Positions 1-9,689 of a stretch of DNA of 48,507 bases are shown piece after piece. The position numbers were made by a program, and so were the translations under genes. The stretch's first letter is position 1; each line of letters starts with the position of its first letter. Below the pieces are notes generated by a model. It did no database searches and had not been told where the DNA came from. It saw nothing but the letters and a program-made list of their open reading frames with translations. Source of the DNA: a virus (lineage: Duplodnaviria > Caudoviricetes); IMG/VR virus record IMGVR_UViG_3300034073_003137, positions 1 to 48,507 of that record. One strand, given 5' to 3'.

Positions 1-64
1 TAACAGCAGTTCTGGATTGCTTAGTGCCTACTTCCATTTCCTGTAAATTTTTTCCACGAGACAT
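1..64 (-). CDS. g22: prohead core/scaffold protein gp22, N-terminus only (runs off the window)
   Basis: ATG at 64 with GGAGAG SD-like sequence upstream; reads MSRGKNLQEMEVGTKQSRTAV; lies directly downstream of g21 as in T4-like phages. Confidence 0.75.
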   Translation of the reverse strand, partial: MSRGKNLQEMEVGTKQSRTAV

Positions 65-99
65 TTGAAACTCTCCGTTTAAACCTTTTAAATTAACTA

Positions 100-110
100 T
101 ATTTATTTAT
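100..110 (-). promoter_or_regulatory. T4-type late promoter (ATAAATA, two overlapping copies) upstream of g22
   Basis: Plus-strand TATTTATTTAT in the intergenic gap between g21 and g22. Confidence 0.6.
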
Positions 111-121
111 GTTTTAAGAAA

Positions 122-769
122 TTACAAAGAATTCAAAAACTCATTAAATAATGAAAGTTTATGTTCTTCTAATGATCTTTGTGATACATAAGAATTAACT
201 TTATTTTTTATAGATGCAACTTTTTGCTCAAGTATGCCATTATTCCAAACCCACTCAACACCTTCCATAATTCCTTGAACAAATGCATCAGGAGCAGAAG
301 GATCTGCTACAATATCTGCTGCAGTTGCAAGCATAAAATCTTCACCAACTTCTTTGTATCCCTTATTGTTTTCTCTTAAAGATCCAATTCCCCTTGAAGA
401 CACACCTAAGCAAACACCATCTTTAAGAAGTGATTCTGCAATTCTTCCCATAGGAGTGGAAAGAATTTGTGCCTTTCCAATCCAGTCATTGTTTTTTTGT
501 TCAAGAGAAACAATTTTATGGGAAACTCTATCAAGATTTACAGTAGGACCGTCTGGATGACCTAGTTCTCCAAGAGCACGACCTTTTTGAACATAATTTT
601 CATTATATCTTTTTACTTCCCTTTCCATAATTGAAAAAGGATACATTCTTCCATTACGATTTACACATTCACTTTGAAGAAAAACTCCTTGAATATAGAA
701 TTTTTTATTAGTTCCAGTTCCTTCTGTAAGAACTTTAACTTTTTCTACTTCTTCTCTGATTAGTTTCAT
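122..769 (-). CDS. g21: prohead protease gp21
   Basis: NRNGRMYP, ALGELGHP, GVSSRGIGSL and DIVADPSAPDAFV motifs. Confidence 0.97.
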   Translation of the reverse strand: MKLIREEVEKVKVLTEGTGTNKKFYIQGVFLQSECVNRNGRMYPFSIMEREVKRYNENYVQKGRALGELGHPDGPTVNLDRVSHKIVSLEQKNNDWIGKAQILSTPMGRIAESLLKDGVCLGVSSRGIGSLRENNKGYKEVGEDFMLATAADIVADPSAPDAFVQGIMEGVEWVWNNGILEQKVASIKNKVNSYVSQRSLEEHKLSLFNEFLNSL

Positions 770-773
770 AGCA

Positions 774-1040
774 CTAATTTGTAAATCCTACTTTGTTTGC
801 TTTTATTTCAGAAGATGTCCAAATAACATCAGTTGGAGATTTTTCTAAAAATTCTACTGAATTTCCAGGCATAGAAAAATAATTACTAGTTGCAGCTCCA
901 ACAGATGAAGCAATTGCTACTGTAACGGAACCACTTGTAGTATTATGAAGTCTAATGCAAGTAGCATTGGATATGCTAGTAGCTGCTCCAGCACTCGTTG
1001 GTGTATTAATTTCAGTTTCAATTACTCTTGTTCTTTGCAT
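774..1040 (-). CDS. hypothetical protein (88 aa) in the head gene cluster
   Basis: ORF collinear with neighbours; ATAAATA late box at 1063-1069. Confidence 0.7.
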   Translation of the reverse strand: MQRTRVIETEINTPTSAGAATSISNATCIRLHNTTSGSVTVAIASSVGAATSNYFSMPGNSVEFLEKSPTDVIWTSSEIKANKVGFTN

Positions 1041-1076
1041 TTTATGAAAGATTAATATTAGTTATTTATTATTTAA

Positions 1077-2372
1077 TTAAGTTAGATCATAAAACCCCAA
1101 AGCAGCAACAATTCCTCCAGATCCAGTAATTGTTCTTGCTGCTACTGTGTATATATCACTTACTTTTGATTGAGTTCTTCCAAGTTGTAAATCCCAATTA
1201 TATCCCTCAGATACTTTAATTGCTCCGCCTGCTTGATTAGAACCAAATGCATAAGAAAAATCTACTACTTGACCACCAGTAATAGAAGATGCACTAATAT
1301 CATATTCAACATTTGGACTTTCTGATAAAGTAAATGCTGCTCCCACTAAAGTGGGATTTTTTATGAGTGCAATAACATAAGGAACATTGTTACTTAAAGG
1401 TAATCCATTAAATTTTGTTGGCAAAATAATAGAATCTTCTCTTCCGGGAGAAAGACGAATAGATACAATGGGTAGAAAATCAGTACCCACTGTAACTGAA
1501 GTCGTTTTTCTTACAAAGGTTTCAGCAACTTTCTTCTCATATCCACCATTTGATTGAACAGATACACAAATTTGTTTCATTACTGATGGTGATGTTGTAA
1601 TTCCAGTATTTAAAATTTCATATCTCACTGGTAAATTTGGAGTAGTCATATAAACTGTGTCTATATGATTTGAATGGTTGAATTGATGTGCTATAATAAA
1701 TTTTCCATCAATTGCAAACCCAACTCTAACCGATCCCACACCTAACCATTCATATTCACTAAAAAGAATTTGAGCTTTGGAAATATCCAATCGAATACCA
1801 CTTGGATTACTTGTACTAAATCCAGTTCCATCGAGAGTATCTATGTTCCACTCTGATTGAGGAACAGTAATTACAGTAGTTACCCCAGATACTGATGTTC
1901 TTTTAATGATATTAAGTTGATAACCATCAAGTTCCAACATTATGCCGTTTTCAGATGATGCATATCCAGCTCTTTGAACAAGATTTTCCTTTGCTGGATT
2001 AAATACAAAAGTTTGAAGAATCTGTAAAGATTTTCCAGGTTGATATGAAAATACTCGTTTACTTTCACGAACAAATGAACAACCAGCAGTTGTTCCAATT
2101 CCTAATGTTGCTGTGCTTTGTTCTTTTATAGTCCCAACAGTAGACCCTGTTCCAACAATTAAATCACTAAAATCACCATCTTGAGAATAACGATGGGTTG
2201 AGTCAAAAAGTGTGTATGGATTTGATATTTTTAATCTACCAAAAAGATCACCAGAAAATCCTTGACCAAGTGGATCAAAAACATTTCCATACCGATCTGC
2301 TTGAATAAAAACCTCAAAAAGACTTCTTTCTTGGTTTAGATAATCTTGATTTTGTTTATTCCACTGAGCCAT
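1077..2372 (-). CDS. hypothetical beta-rich protein (431 aa), possibly virion-associated
   Basis: Long ORF between g20 and g21; G/S/T-rich; DLFGRL, YQPGKS and EWLGVGSVRVGF motifs. Confidence 0.75.
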   Translation of the reverse strand: MAQWNKQNQDYLNQERSLFEVFIQADRYGNVFDPLGQGFSGDLFGRLKISNPYTLFDSTHRYSQDGDFSDLIVGTGSTVGTIKEQSTATLGIGTTAGCSFVRESKRVFSYQPGKSLQILQTFVFNPAKENLVQRAGYASSENGIMLELDGYQLNIIKRTSVSGVTTVITVPQSEWNIDTLDGTGFSTSNPSGIRLDISKAQILFSEYEWLGVGSVRVGFAIDGKFIIAHQFNHSNHIDTVYMTTPNLPVRYEILNTGITTSPSVMKQICVSVQSNGGYEKKVAETFVRKTTSVTVGTDFLPIVSIRLSPGREDSIILPTKFNGLPLSNNVPYVIALIKNPTLVGAAFTLSESPNVEYDISASSITGGQVVDFSYAFGSNQAGGAIKVSEGYNWDLQLGRTQSKVSDIYTVAARTITGSGGIVAALGFYDLT

Positions 2373-2374
2373 TA

Positions 2375-2692
2375 TTAGTCAATCCATTCTAATTTTGATG
2401 GGTGATATCGTTTTACATCTTTAATGTTGAAATTTTTTTCCAGCATAGGATAGATTTGTTGAACAATTGCACCAGGATAATTTGATTGCAATTGTTCACC
2501 CAAATCTCTTTTTGATGGTATTCCAGTTTCTGATACTAGTTCTAATCTGTAAATGCTTCCATTCCACAATATATCAGCAACATATTCTTCCCCAATTCTT
2601 TGAGGTTCTGATGGGGAATTGACATAAAGGTTTCCGTTAAAATCGCCTGATATGTTTATAGATTCTGATATAAATTGTTTGAATGATTTCAT
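2375..2692 (-). CDS. putative internal head protein with a capsid-targeting-like N-terminus
   Basis: N-terminus MKSFKQFISE resembles the T4 internal-protein targeting sequence MKTYQEFIAE; lies in the head cluster. Confidence 0.65.
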   Translation of the reverse strand: MKSFKQFISESINISGDFNGNLYVNSPSEPQRIGEEYVADILWNGSIYRLELVSETGIPSKRDLGEQLQSNYPGAIVQQIYPMLEKNFNIKDVKRYHPSKLEWID

Positions 2693-2693
2693 T

Positions 2694-2858
2694 TTATTCT
2701 GTCTCTTCCTCTGTTTCGGTGTTGAATAAAGAAGAAGCCACTACAGGTCTAAGAGTATCAATTCTGTCTGAGGCTTTAGTAAATAAAATATCCTTTATTT
2801 TATCACTAATTTGTGATGGGGATTCATCTGAAACAATCATATCCATTAATTCGTCCAT
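2694..2858 (-). CDS. small acidic protein (54 aa), positional equivalent of T4 prohead core gp67; absent from the ORF track
   Basis: Manual translation MDELMDMIVSDESPSQISDKIKDILFTKASDRIDTLRPVVASSLFNTETEEETE; fills the gap after g20; CTAAATA at 2884-2890. Confidence 0.75.
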   Translation of the reverse strand: MDELMDMIVSDESPSQISDKIKDILFTKASDRIDTLRPVVASSLFNTETEEETE

Positions 2859-2886
2859 AGTATTTAAAAATTAACTATGCTATTAT

Positions 2887-4569
2887 TTAGATCTCTCCTC
2901 CTTTGGGCAAATTCATTGGTTTTGTATTCACTTCTGGTTCTATTGGAACTTTTCCAGATTGTCCTTCTATGTTATCACCGGGAACTGGATCCATATCCAT
3001 TGGCATTCCAGTTTCTGGGTCAACTGGCATATTTGGATCTGGAATAACACCATCTTCTATTTCTTTTTTAATTAATTTGTCTTGTTCAATTATTTCTTCA
3101 TCAGTTTGTTTCAATATATTTCTTCTTACATAATCTTGAGAAAAATACTTTCCAATGTAAGGTTCTGCTGTAGCAGCAATGTTTAACCTTTCAGTGAGTA
3201 ATTCAGCGTCTTTTAATTCTGAAAAATGATTGTCATATAAGAAATCGAACTGAATATGTTCAGACATTTCTTTCCAATCTTCTGGTGTGATTATATTTTT
3301 AAGAATTAGTTGTGTTCTTAAAAGATCATAAAAAACACCAGAAAATCTTTTTCTTAATCTTCCGACAAACTTAGTAAATTTAAGTTCATCTCTTAAGATT
3401 TCGGAAGATCTGCCGAGATTAAATCCACCTTCTCCATCCATTCTGGAAGGGGGAACATTTAATGCTCTATAAAGTTTTTGTTTAAAATATTCTATATCAG
3501 TGATTTCTCCCAAATTTTGACCACCAGGAAGAGTAGAAATTTCTGTACCTCTTCCACCTTCTCTACGAGGTAACCAGAAATCCTCAAGCATACTCATAAA
3601 CTTTTTATCATCACGAATTTCCCCAGTAGAAGCATCATAGACAAGTTTATTTCTATAACGCATCATTACATCACGAAGATATTGTTCTGCCTTAACCTTA
3701 GGAAGATTTCCTACGTCGATGTAAAATATTCTACGTTCAGGTGCTCTTGATAATCTATAAATTACCAAAGAATCCTCAATCATACGAAGTTGATTGAGAG
3801 ATTTAATTGCTTTATGAAGATATGATAAAATAGTATTCTTATTTCTATCAACAAGTCCGGAAGTGCAATATGTAATAGAGTCTTTGGACATTTTTATTCC
3901 ACGACTGGCAATACCTCCACTAAGATCACTTAATCCAGTTGAATTTTGGAAGTTTCCCTTGGGATTATAAATGAAATATTCTTCTATTTCAGGAAAAATA
4001 TAATCCATTGGGTTATCATCATTTTTTGTATATGCATTAGGTTGATCTTTTTTTGAAATTTTTTGCTGCCTTACATATCTAATTTTTAAAGAATCAATAT
4101 ATCTTAATTCTTGTATTCCTTCTTGAGGTTTCTTTAAATCAATTACTTTATGGTAAAAAAGTCTTCCGTCAACATACCAATTTCTATAGATTTCGTGACA
4201 TTTTCTATCGAAATCCATTAATTCTAAAATAGATTTAAATTCTTCTCTTATTTTTTTCTTTAATGAATCACTAGCATTTAAATTTGATAATTCTATTTGA
4301 ACAGGAGAGTCGTTTTGGTCTGAAACAATAGCTTCATTCACAATATCTTCAATAGCACTATCAACTTCAGGATGAAGTGCCATCTCTCTATATCTTTTAA
4401 TTAAATCAAATTCTGTTCTATATACTCCTTCAATATCAACATAAGATCCAAAAAATCCACTGGTTAGATAATAATCAACCCCGTCCTCATCATTCTGAGG
4501 AACGGGGGAAACTATAGAAGGACTTATCTTATCATTATCTTCAATAGAAAAACCAAATAATTTTGCCAT
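2887..4569 (-). CDS. g20: portal vertex protein gp20
   Basis: YRLSRAPERRIFYIDVGNLPKVKAEQY and EDFWLPRREGGRGTEISTLPGGQNLG motifs. Confidence 0.99.
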   Translation of the reverse strand: MAKLFGFSIEDNDKISPSIVSPVPQNDEDGVDYYLTSGFFGSYVDIEGVYRTEFDLIKRYREMALHPEVDSAIEDIVNEAIVSDQNDSPVQIELSNLNASDSLKKKIREEFKSILELMDFDRKCHEIYRNWYVDGRLFYHKVIDLKKPQEGIQELRYIDSLKIRYVRQQKISKKDQPNAYTKNDDNPMDYIFPEIEEYFIYNPKGNFQNSTGLSDLSGGIASRGIKMSKDSITYCTSGLVDRNKNTILSYLHKAIKSLNQLRMIEDSLVIYRLSRAPERRIFYIDVGNLPKVKAEQYLRDVMMRYRNKLVYDASTGEIRDDKKFMSMLEDFWLPRREGGRGTEISTLPGGQNLGEITDIEYFKQKLYRALNVPPSRMDGEGGFNLGRSSEILRDELKFTKFVGRLRKRFSGVFYDLLRTQLILKNIITPEDWKEMSEHIQFDFLYDNHFSELKDAELLTERLNIAATAEPYIGKYFSQDYVRRNILKQTDEEIIEQDKLIKKEIEDGVIPDPNMPVDPETGMPMDMDPVPGDNIEGQSGKVPIEPEVNTKPMNLPKGGEI

Positions 4570-4596
4570 AATTTAACTGAACTCTAGATGTTTATC

Positions 4597-4603
4597 TATT
4601 TAT
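4597..4603 (-). promoter_or_regulatory. late promoter ATAAATA upstream of g20
   Basis: Plus-strand TATTTAT about 28 nt upstream of the g20 ATG. Confidence 0.55.
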
Positions 4604-5217
4604 TATCCTTGTGCGGAATTACTTCCTGCTTGCTCTGGATACCAGAACTGAACTTGGAACTCAACAGTAAATTCTTCAATTGTATCAGTAGTATCATATG
4701 ATAAATCAATTGCAGAGATGTTGGTGGGGAAAATATCCTTAAATTTATACTGTGCTAATACATTAGCATTTCCGCCAGTACCAGTACCACTTTCTCTACC
4801 AACTGCGGTTCTTCCTAATTGAAGAACAGTAGCATCTGTCATATAAGAATTGGGTTCAGTCAAACCACTATGGTCTGAATATTGCCCAATACTTTGCATC
4901 CAATACTCAAAAGCTCTTCTATGTGAGAAGTTTTCATCATTTATTACTGTTACGGTCCAAACATCAAATGTTCTGTCTCCCGCAACTTTTAGAGTACGTC
5001 CTCTAAAAGGAACCTCAATTGGTGCTATAATTGATGCTGGAAGTGCTGCTGCTTTACATAGAAAAGTGAAATTTTCTGCATCAAAAGCACCTCCTACTCC
5101 CTGAGCATTAGATACTCCTGCTGGGAAACTTGGTATAGAAACCTCAAAAAGGTTGGGACGAGCACCACCTCCAATTAATTTAGATTTAAATTGTGAAAGA
5201 CCTTTTAGTGTTGCCAT
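4603..5217 (-). CDS. g19: tail tube protein gp19
   Basis: GGARPNLFEV, FRGRTLKVAGDRTFDVWTVTVIND and FPTNISAIDLSYD motifs. Confidence 0.97.
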   Translation of the reverse strand: MATLKGLSQFKSKLIGGGARPNLFEVSIPSFPAGVSNAQGVGGAFDAENFTFLCKAAALPASIIAPIEVPFRGRTLKVAGDRTFDVWTVTVINDENFSHRRAFEYWMQSIGQYSDHSGLTEPNSYMTDATVLQLGRTAVGRESGTGTGGNANVLAQYKFKDIFPTNISAIDLSYDTTDTIEEFTVEFQVQFWYPEQAGSNSAQG

Positions 5218-5252
5218 TTTAGAATTCCTCCTTTGTAATTAATTTATAAAAA

Positions 5253-7685
5253 TCAAACAGTTCCAACCACTTCTTCAAAAGAAACGCCAGTTCTGGTGGC
5301 AACAAAAGTAAGGGTCACATAGTTAATGGACTTAGCTGGTTTTAAGAAAATATCAGCTCTAAATTCATTATTATCAATAACGTCAGGAGTATTATTAGTT
5401 TCATCACATTTTACAAAGAATCCATAGAGACCTCTCTTTGCTTGAACATCACGTAGATAAGGTTCAACAATATTTACAAAGTTTGCTCTAGTGATTTCAT
5501 CATTCAATTCAAACAACTGTGCTTGAGCAGTTCTTTCTAGTGCCTGCTCTACAGTAAGGAACAATCTACGAACGTTAATTCTATCGAAAGCAGAAGCATA
5601 CCCAAGAGCAGTTTTATCACCAAACAAGAGAATACCAATTCCAGGTTGATTAACAATTGAATTGACTCTCAATGGATAAAGTTGATCTCTTTGTGCTTTG
5701 TTTGGATTATATGCAAGTTTTATTGCATTATTAAGAATACCTCTTTGTTGTCCTGCTGGTGAGAACCAAGGATAAGCAAATATACTTGTACGAACCATTA
5801 ATCCTGCAACGTCAGCATTACAAGGAACATAACGGAATCTATTGTTAAATCTATCATAGGTATACTTATATCCACTATCAAATACTGCATATGATGAAGA
5901 TGGAAGTGGGGAGAAAAATTCTAAAATATTATCAGTTTGTACATCAGAATTAGTAATATCTATCACATCTGCTCTATGTGGAGAAATTACAGCAATACAA
6001 TCCTTTCTTCCATTTGCGATAGAAATCAAATGACTTGCTTTTGCTTGAGATTCAAACTTATTTCCAAGTCCTGGTCCCATAATTAAATAATCTACAGCAA
6101 TCTCGTCTCTGTTTGAGAATAAGAGATAAGAATTAAATAGATCTCCAAGAGTTGCATTCATTCCCTTATTATCACCGTAATCTTTACCCCCAGATAAAGT
6201 GTAAGTTACGTTTCCAATGGCACTAAATGTTCTATTTTGTGCTTCTAAATTCCAAAGTCCTTCAGGATCTGTATAAGGAATGATCCCAGAACTAAATCCT
6301 GTTGCAAATACTGGTTCATTGACATTTAAATCATCTGAAGGATTATCACCAGCATATACATAATCTGAAAAAACTGACAGATAATTTTTCCACCAATTTT
6401 TTTGAGGTGAATTTACTGCTGAGATTGAATCGACAGCTTTAGAAAGACCAATATGCTTTTCTAAGATGTTTCCTTGAATTCCTGTAACAGAACCTGTGTC
6501 ATCAATGACAACAATATGCATTTCGTCACTTCTTGAATTTCTTTCTGCTGCATATTGTGATGTTCCTGGTTTTGGAGCAATTGACCTCCAGAAAATTAAG
6601 CTATTTTCTAAAGATATAATTTGCTCATCATACCAGTCTAAAATATCACCGGCAGAAGAACCAAGAGTCTCAGTTCTTGCTGGAATTGAATCCGAAACCT
6701 CGGGATCATAGATATTAACAATATTTCCAGGTCTAAATGATCTTAACTGTGTTCTTTGAGCATAGGTTATAGGTGTTTCTACTCCTGAAGAATCAACTAC
6801 TGAAGTGATCTTAACATCTATTGAACTATTTCCTACTCCAGTTACAATTGATTTCAAGAATCCATTAAATACTGTAGTTGTTCCAATTCCTGCTGAAGGA
6901 ACATTATTTAAGGTTGTTGTAACTGCAAAACCTACTTGAATTGCTCCAGTTACAGTAGTAGTTCCAAAATCAAATTCACTGTCTACAATAGCTGATTGTA
7001 GAGATGGGTTTGAAATTGAAATTGTACCATCACTTCCAATACCAGTAACCGTAGTTCCTGCAGAAATAACACCATTAATATTACATCTAATTTCTTGACC
7101 AACTACAATAGAAGCTGTAGAAATAGCAACAGTACTTGCTCCTCCTACTATAATTCCCTCTCTATTGTTAATTACTGCTGAAAAAGTTACAGTTTCAGTT
7201 GTTATTCCTAAAATTTGATCTGCTTTATCATCAATAATTGCAACCTTTAGATTATTTGCCCAAGAACCTGGAGTTTTTGCTGCAAAAATATAGTTTGCAA
7301 TGTCATCGGCATAATTTGCCTCATAATCATCAAAGTTTTTAATTTTCAGGTCATCTTGTCCAACAGTTGAAACCCCTGAAGAATTACGAATAGCATTTGC
7401 ATTTACTAATTCTACTCCATCAGTTCTTACTACCTTCAATACTCCTCCATAAGAAAGAAATGAAGAAGCACTCATCCAATACTCATACTGACCATCTTTT
7501 GAAGATGGTCTTCCAAACACATTGATTAATTCTTGTTCTGTGGTTATGTCAATAGGTTCATCGACAGGACCAACTGCAAACGGACCCGCAATTGCTCCAA
7601 TATTATCTAAAACATTATCAGCTCTTCCTACAGTTAAATCAACCTCACGGATCAGTACGCCGGGAGATAATTGAGGAGTCGCCAT
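5253..7685 (-). CDS. g18: tail sheath protein gp18 (810 aa)
   Basis: LSPGVLIREVDLT N-terminus; PWFSPAG, FGDKT, FDRINVRRLF and KSINYVTLTFVATRTGVSFEEV motifs; AAGGAG SD; ATAAATA at 7719-7725. Confidence 0.98.
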   Translation of the reverse strand: MATPQLSPGVLIREVDLTVGRADNVLDNIGAIAGPFAVGPVDEPIDITTEQELINVFGRPSSKDGQYEYWMSASSFLSYGGVLKVVRTDGVELVNANAIRNSSGVSTVGQDDLKIKNFDDYEANYADDIANYIFAAKTPGSWANNLKVAIIDDKADQILGITTETVTFSAVINNREGIIVGGASTVAISTASIVVGQEIRCNINGVISAGTTVTGIGSDGTISISNPSLQSAIVDSEFDFGTTTVTGAIQVGFAVTTTLNNVPSAGIGTTTVFNGFLKSIVTGVGNSSIDVKITSVVDSSGVETPITYAQRTQLRSFRPGNIVNIYDPEVSDSIPARTETLGSSAGDILDWYDEQIISLENSLIFWRSIAPKPGTSQYAAERNSRSDEMHIVVIDDTGSVTGIQGNILEKHIGLSKAVDSISAVNSPQKNWWKNYLSVFSDYVYAGDNPSDDLNVNEPVFATGFSSGIIPYTDPEGLWNLEAQNRTFSAIGNVTYTLSGGKDYGDNKGMNATLGDLFNSYLLFSNRDEIAVDYLIMGPGLGNKFESQAKASHLISIANGRKDCIAVISPHRADVIDITNSDVQTDNILEFFSPLPSSSYAVFDSGYKYTYDRFNNRFRYVPCNADVAGLMVRTSIFAYPWFSPAGQQRGILNNAIKLAYNPNKAQRDQLYPLRVNSIVNQPGIGILLFGDKTALGYASAFDRINVRRLFLTVEQALERTAQAQLFELNDEITRANFVNIVEPYLRDVQAKRGLYGFFVKCDETNNTPDVIDNNEFRADIFLKPAKSINYVTLTFVATRTGVSFEEVVGTV

Positions 7686-7747
7686 TTTTTTCTCCTTAGT
7701 CTCAGTTTATCTAAGAAATATTTATTAAAAACTTAAATTACAGAAGA

Positions 7748-9400
7748 CTAACTTATATATTCCCACATATAGGAACGATCCCCATACTCATCAGTATACC
7801 ATCTATCTCCATCATTATCAACGAATGTATTTTCATCATTAATACCATCTACTATAAAACCAAAAGGAGACATATCTTGCTCTACTTGGTTTTTTTGCTC
7901 CTCATATATTCTTTTTCTAATATCTTGATCTGTTAATTCTTTAAAATAATCTTGAAGTATTAACCAAGCATACATTACAAGACACATTACTAGGTCATCA
8001 TTTTTTCCTTCTTCTGCTTCAAACGAATTTCCTTTTTGGATAAATGTAGTAAGTTCATTTATGATTTCAAGATCATTAAAAACGAGTTTATTATCTTCTA
8101 TTAATGTTTTTAAGTTTAAACAACCAACTTTTTTAGTTGTTTTGGACATTTTTACACCAAGTTGGACTTTTTTACCAGAAAATCCTTGCCCTAAAATTTG
8201 CCCAGCTCTTCCTCGCATTGAACTCATTAGAAGATTAGAATATTCTAAATCATAATGGAGTCCTGCTGCTACTTGATCTCCAACATCGTTTACCTCACAT
8301 AGAACATAAGCACTATTATATGATTTTGCTACATCTTTGATTATATTTGGAAAAAGTATTGGTCTTATTTGATTATTTCTATACTTTGCTACTACTTTGT
8401 GTGGAAACTGTGACACATCAATCACCACAAATGCAGAAAAATCCTTTTCAACCCCACGAGCAACGTCTACGGTAATGACATAAGTATGATCTTTTTGAGG
8501 CTCTTCATAAACATCCAACCCTGCATTTGATGTTTTGGGATTATCAAATGTTAGTCGATTCAATACAGGACCAGATATTAAAGTATCTGATGATCCTAAA
8601 AATAGACATTCAAATTCTTGTCTCCATTGAGATTCTGAAGTATTTGCTATAGTAGTTCTTTTAAACTCTTCATCTCTTCCTGGAACATCAGTCCAATGAA
8701 CTTCAATTGGAGAGTATTCATTTCTTCCTTTTTGAGCATCATCCCATAAACGGTAAAAATGATTCATACCGTATGGGGTACTAACCACAATCACTTTTGA
8801 TGATTGTCCAGATGTAATTACAGGATAAACTGAACTAAAAAAATTGTCAGCAACAGTGTTTGGAACGAAAGCAAATTCGTCCAAGAAAATAATATTATAT
8901 GTTCCACCTCGGATTGAAGATGCTGAAGTTGAAGCAGCAGTAATCTTAGATTTATTTTCAAGTTCCATTGAACCTTTATTCCAAGATATGACTCCTTGCT
9001 GCAACCACTTAGGTAAATTTTCATATCCAGTCTGAAGACGATCAAGAAGATCCCTTGCAGTGGATGCTTTGTTTGCAAGAATTGCAATATTTACATTATC
9101 ATTAAAAATAGCATAATGGAGAAGATATGAAACTACTGTAGTACTCTTACCTGACTGACGAGGAAGTTTACATATACTAAAACGATTATTATGAAAAGTA
9201 TCAATCATTTTTTCTTGAAACGGATACATATCAAATTTTGATAATCCGTGATCAAGAGTTACAATTTGTATATAGTTTCTAGCAAAATAAACTGGATCTT
9301 GAGCACATTTAATCCACTCAATAACTTGTTCTTCTGTAAATTCAATCTTAGTATTTGCCTTTTTAAGTAACGGGTTACCAAGATAATATTCTTCAGCCAT
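7748..9400 (-). CDS. g17: terminase large subunit gp17
   Basis: Walker A PRQSGKST, Walker B IIFLDEFAF, STPYG coupling motif, nuclease motifs DVARG and DDLVM. Confidence 0.98.
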   Translation of the reverse strand: MAEEYYLGNPLLKKANTKIEFTEEQVIEWIKCAQDPVYFARNYIQIVTLDHGLSKFDMYPFQEKMIDTFHNNRFSICKLPRQSGKSTTVVSYLLHYAIFNDNVNIAILANKASTARDLLDRLQTGYENLPKWLQQGVISWNKGSMELENKSKITAASTSASSIRGGTYNIIFLDEFAFVPNTVADNFFSSVYPVITSGQSSKVIVVSTPYGMNHFYRLWDDAQKGRNEYSPIEVHWTDVPGRDEEFKRTTIANTSESQWRQEFECLFLGSSDTLISGPVLNRLTFDNPKTSNAGLDVYEEPQKDHTYVITVDVARGVEKDFSAFVVIDVSQFPHKVVAKYRNNQIRPILFPNIIKDVAKSYNSAYVLCEVNDVGDQVAAGLHYDLEYSNLLMSSMRGRAGQILGQGFSGKKVQLGVKMSKTTKKVGCLNLKTLIEDNKLVFNDLEIINELTTFIQKGNSFEAEEGKNDDLVMCLVMYAWLILQDYFKELTDQDIRKRIYEEQKNQVEQDMSPFGFIVDGINDENTFVDNDGDRWYTDEYGDRSYMWEYIS

Positions 9401-9413
9401 AACTCAGTTCAAC

Positions 9414-9668
9414 CTACCATTTAACTTTATTTGCCCAATAAGCAGCACTCATTTTCCCCTTTGCTATATTCTTAGCGTGTCTTGCCTTGAATCTTTCTCT
9501 ACGACTTTTATAAGATTCAGATTCACCTTCTTTTTCGGGGGAACCTTTTACTCCCAATTGACCAAAACGAATTAATTTCTCTTTCCCATCAGTGCAAGCT
9601 TTTACTACGTGAGATTTTCCAGTTTCTCCTGATCCGTGTGCTTGTGCTTTTGGTTTGTTGCAAGGCAT
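9414..9668 (-). CDS. basic 84-aa domain (RFGQ...FKARH...SAAYWANKVKW); probably also made as the -1 frameshift extension of the upstream ORF
   Basis: Lys-rich ORF; its frame stays open upstream through the slippery site; its ATG lies inside a hairpin. Confidence 0.75.
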   Translation of the reverse strand: MPCNKPKAQAHGSGETGKSHVVKACTDGKEKLIRFGQLGVKGSPEKEGESESYKSRRERFKARHAKNIAKGKMSAAYWANKVKW

Positions 9669-9689
9669 TTCTGCCTTACCTACTTTTTT
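9660..9689 (-). other. candidate programmed -1 ribosomal frameshift cassette
   Basis: Minus strand GA-A AAA AAG-TAG followed by hairpin GTAAGGCA-GAAA-TGCCTTGC; a -1 slip enters the frame of 9414..9668. Confidence 0.7.

Noticed and set aside
2887-9400. Introns or inteins in g17-g20
   Set aside because: The ORFs are continuous and I saw no splicing motifs; g17, g19 and g20 have ordinary lengths and the extra length of g18 looks like a G/S/T-rich structural insertion
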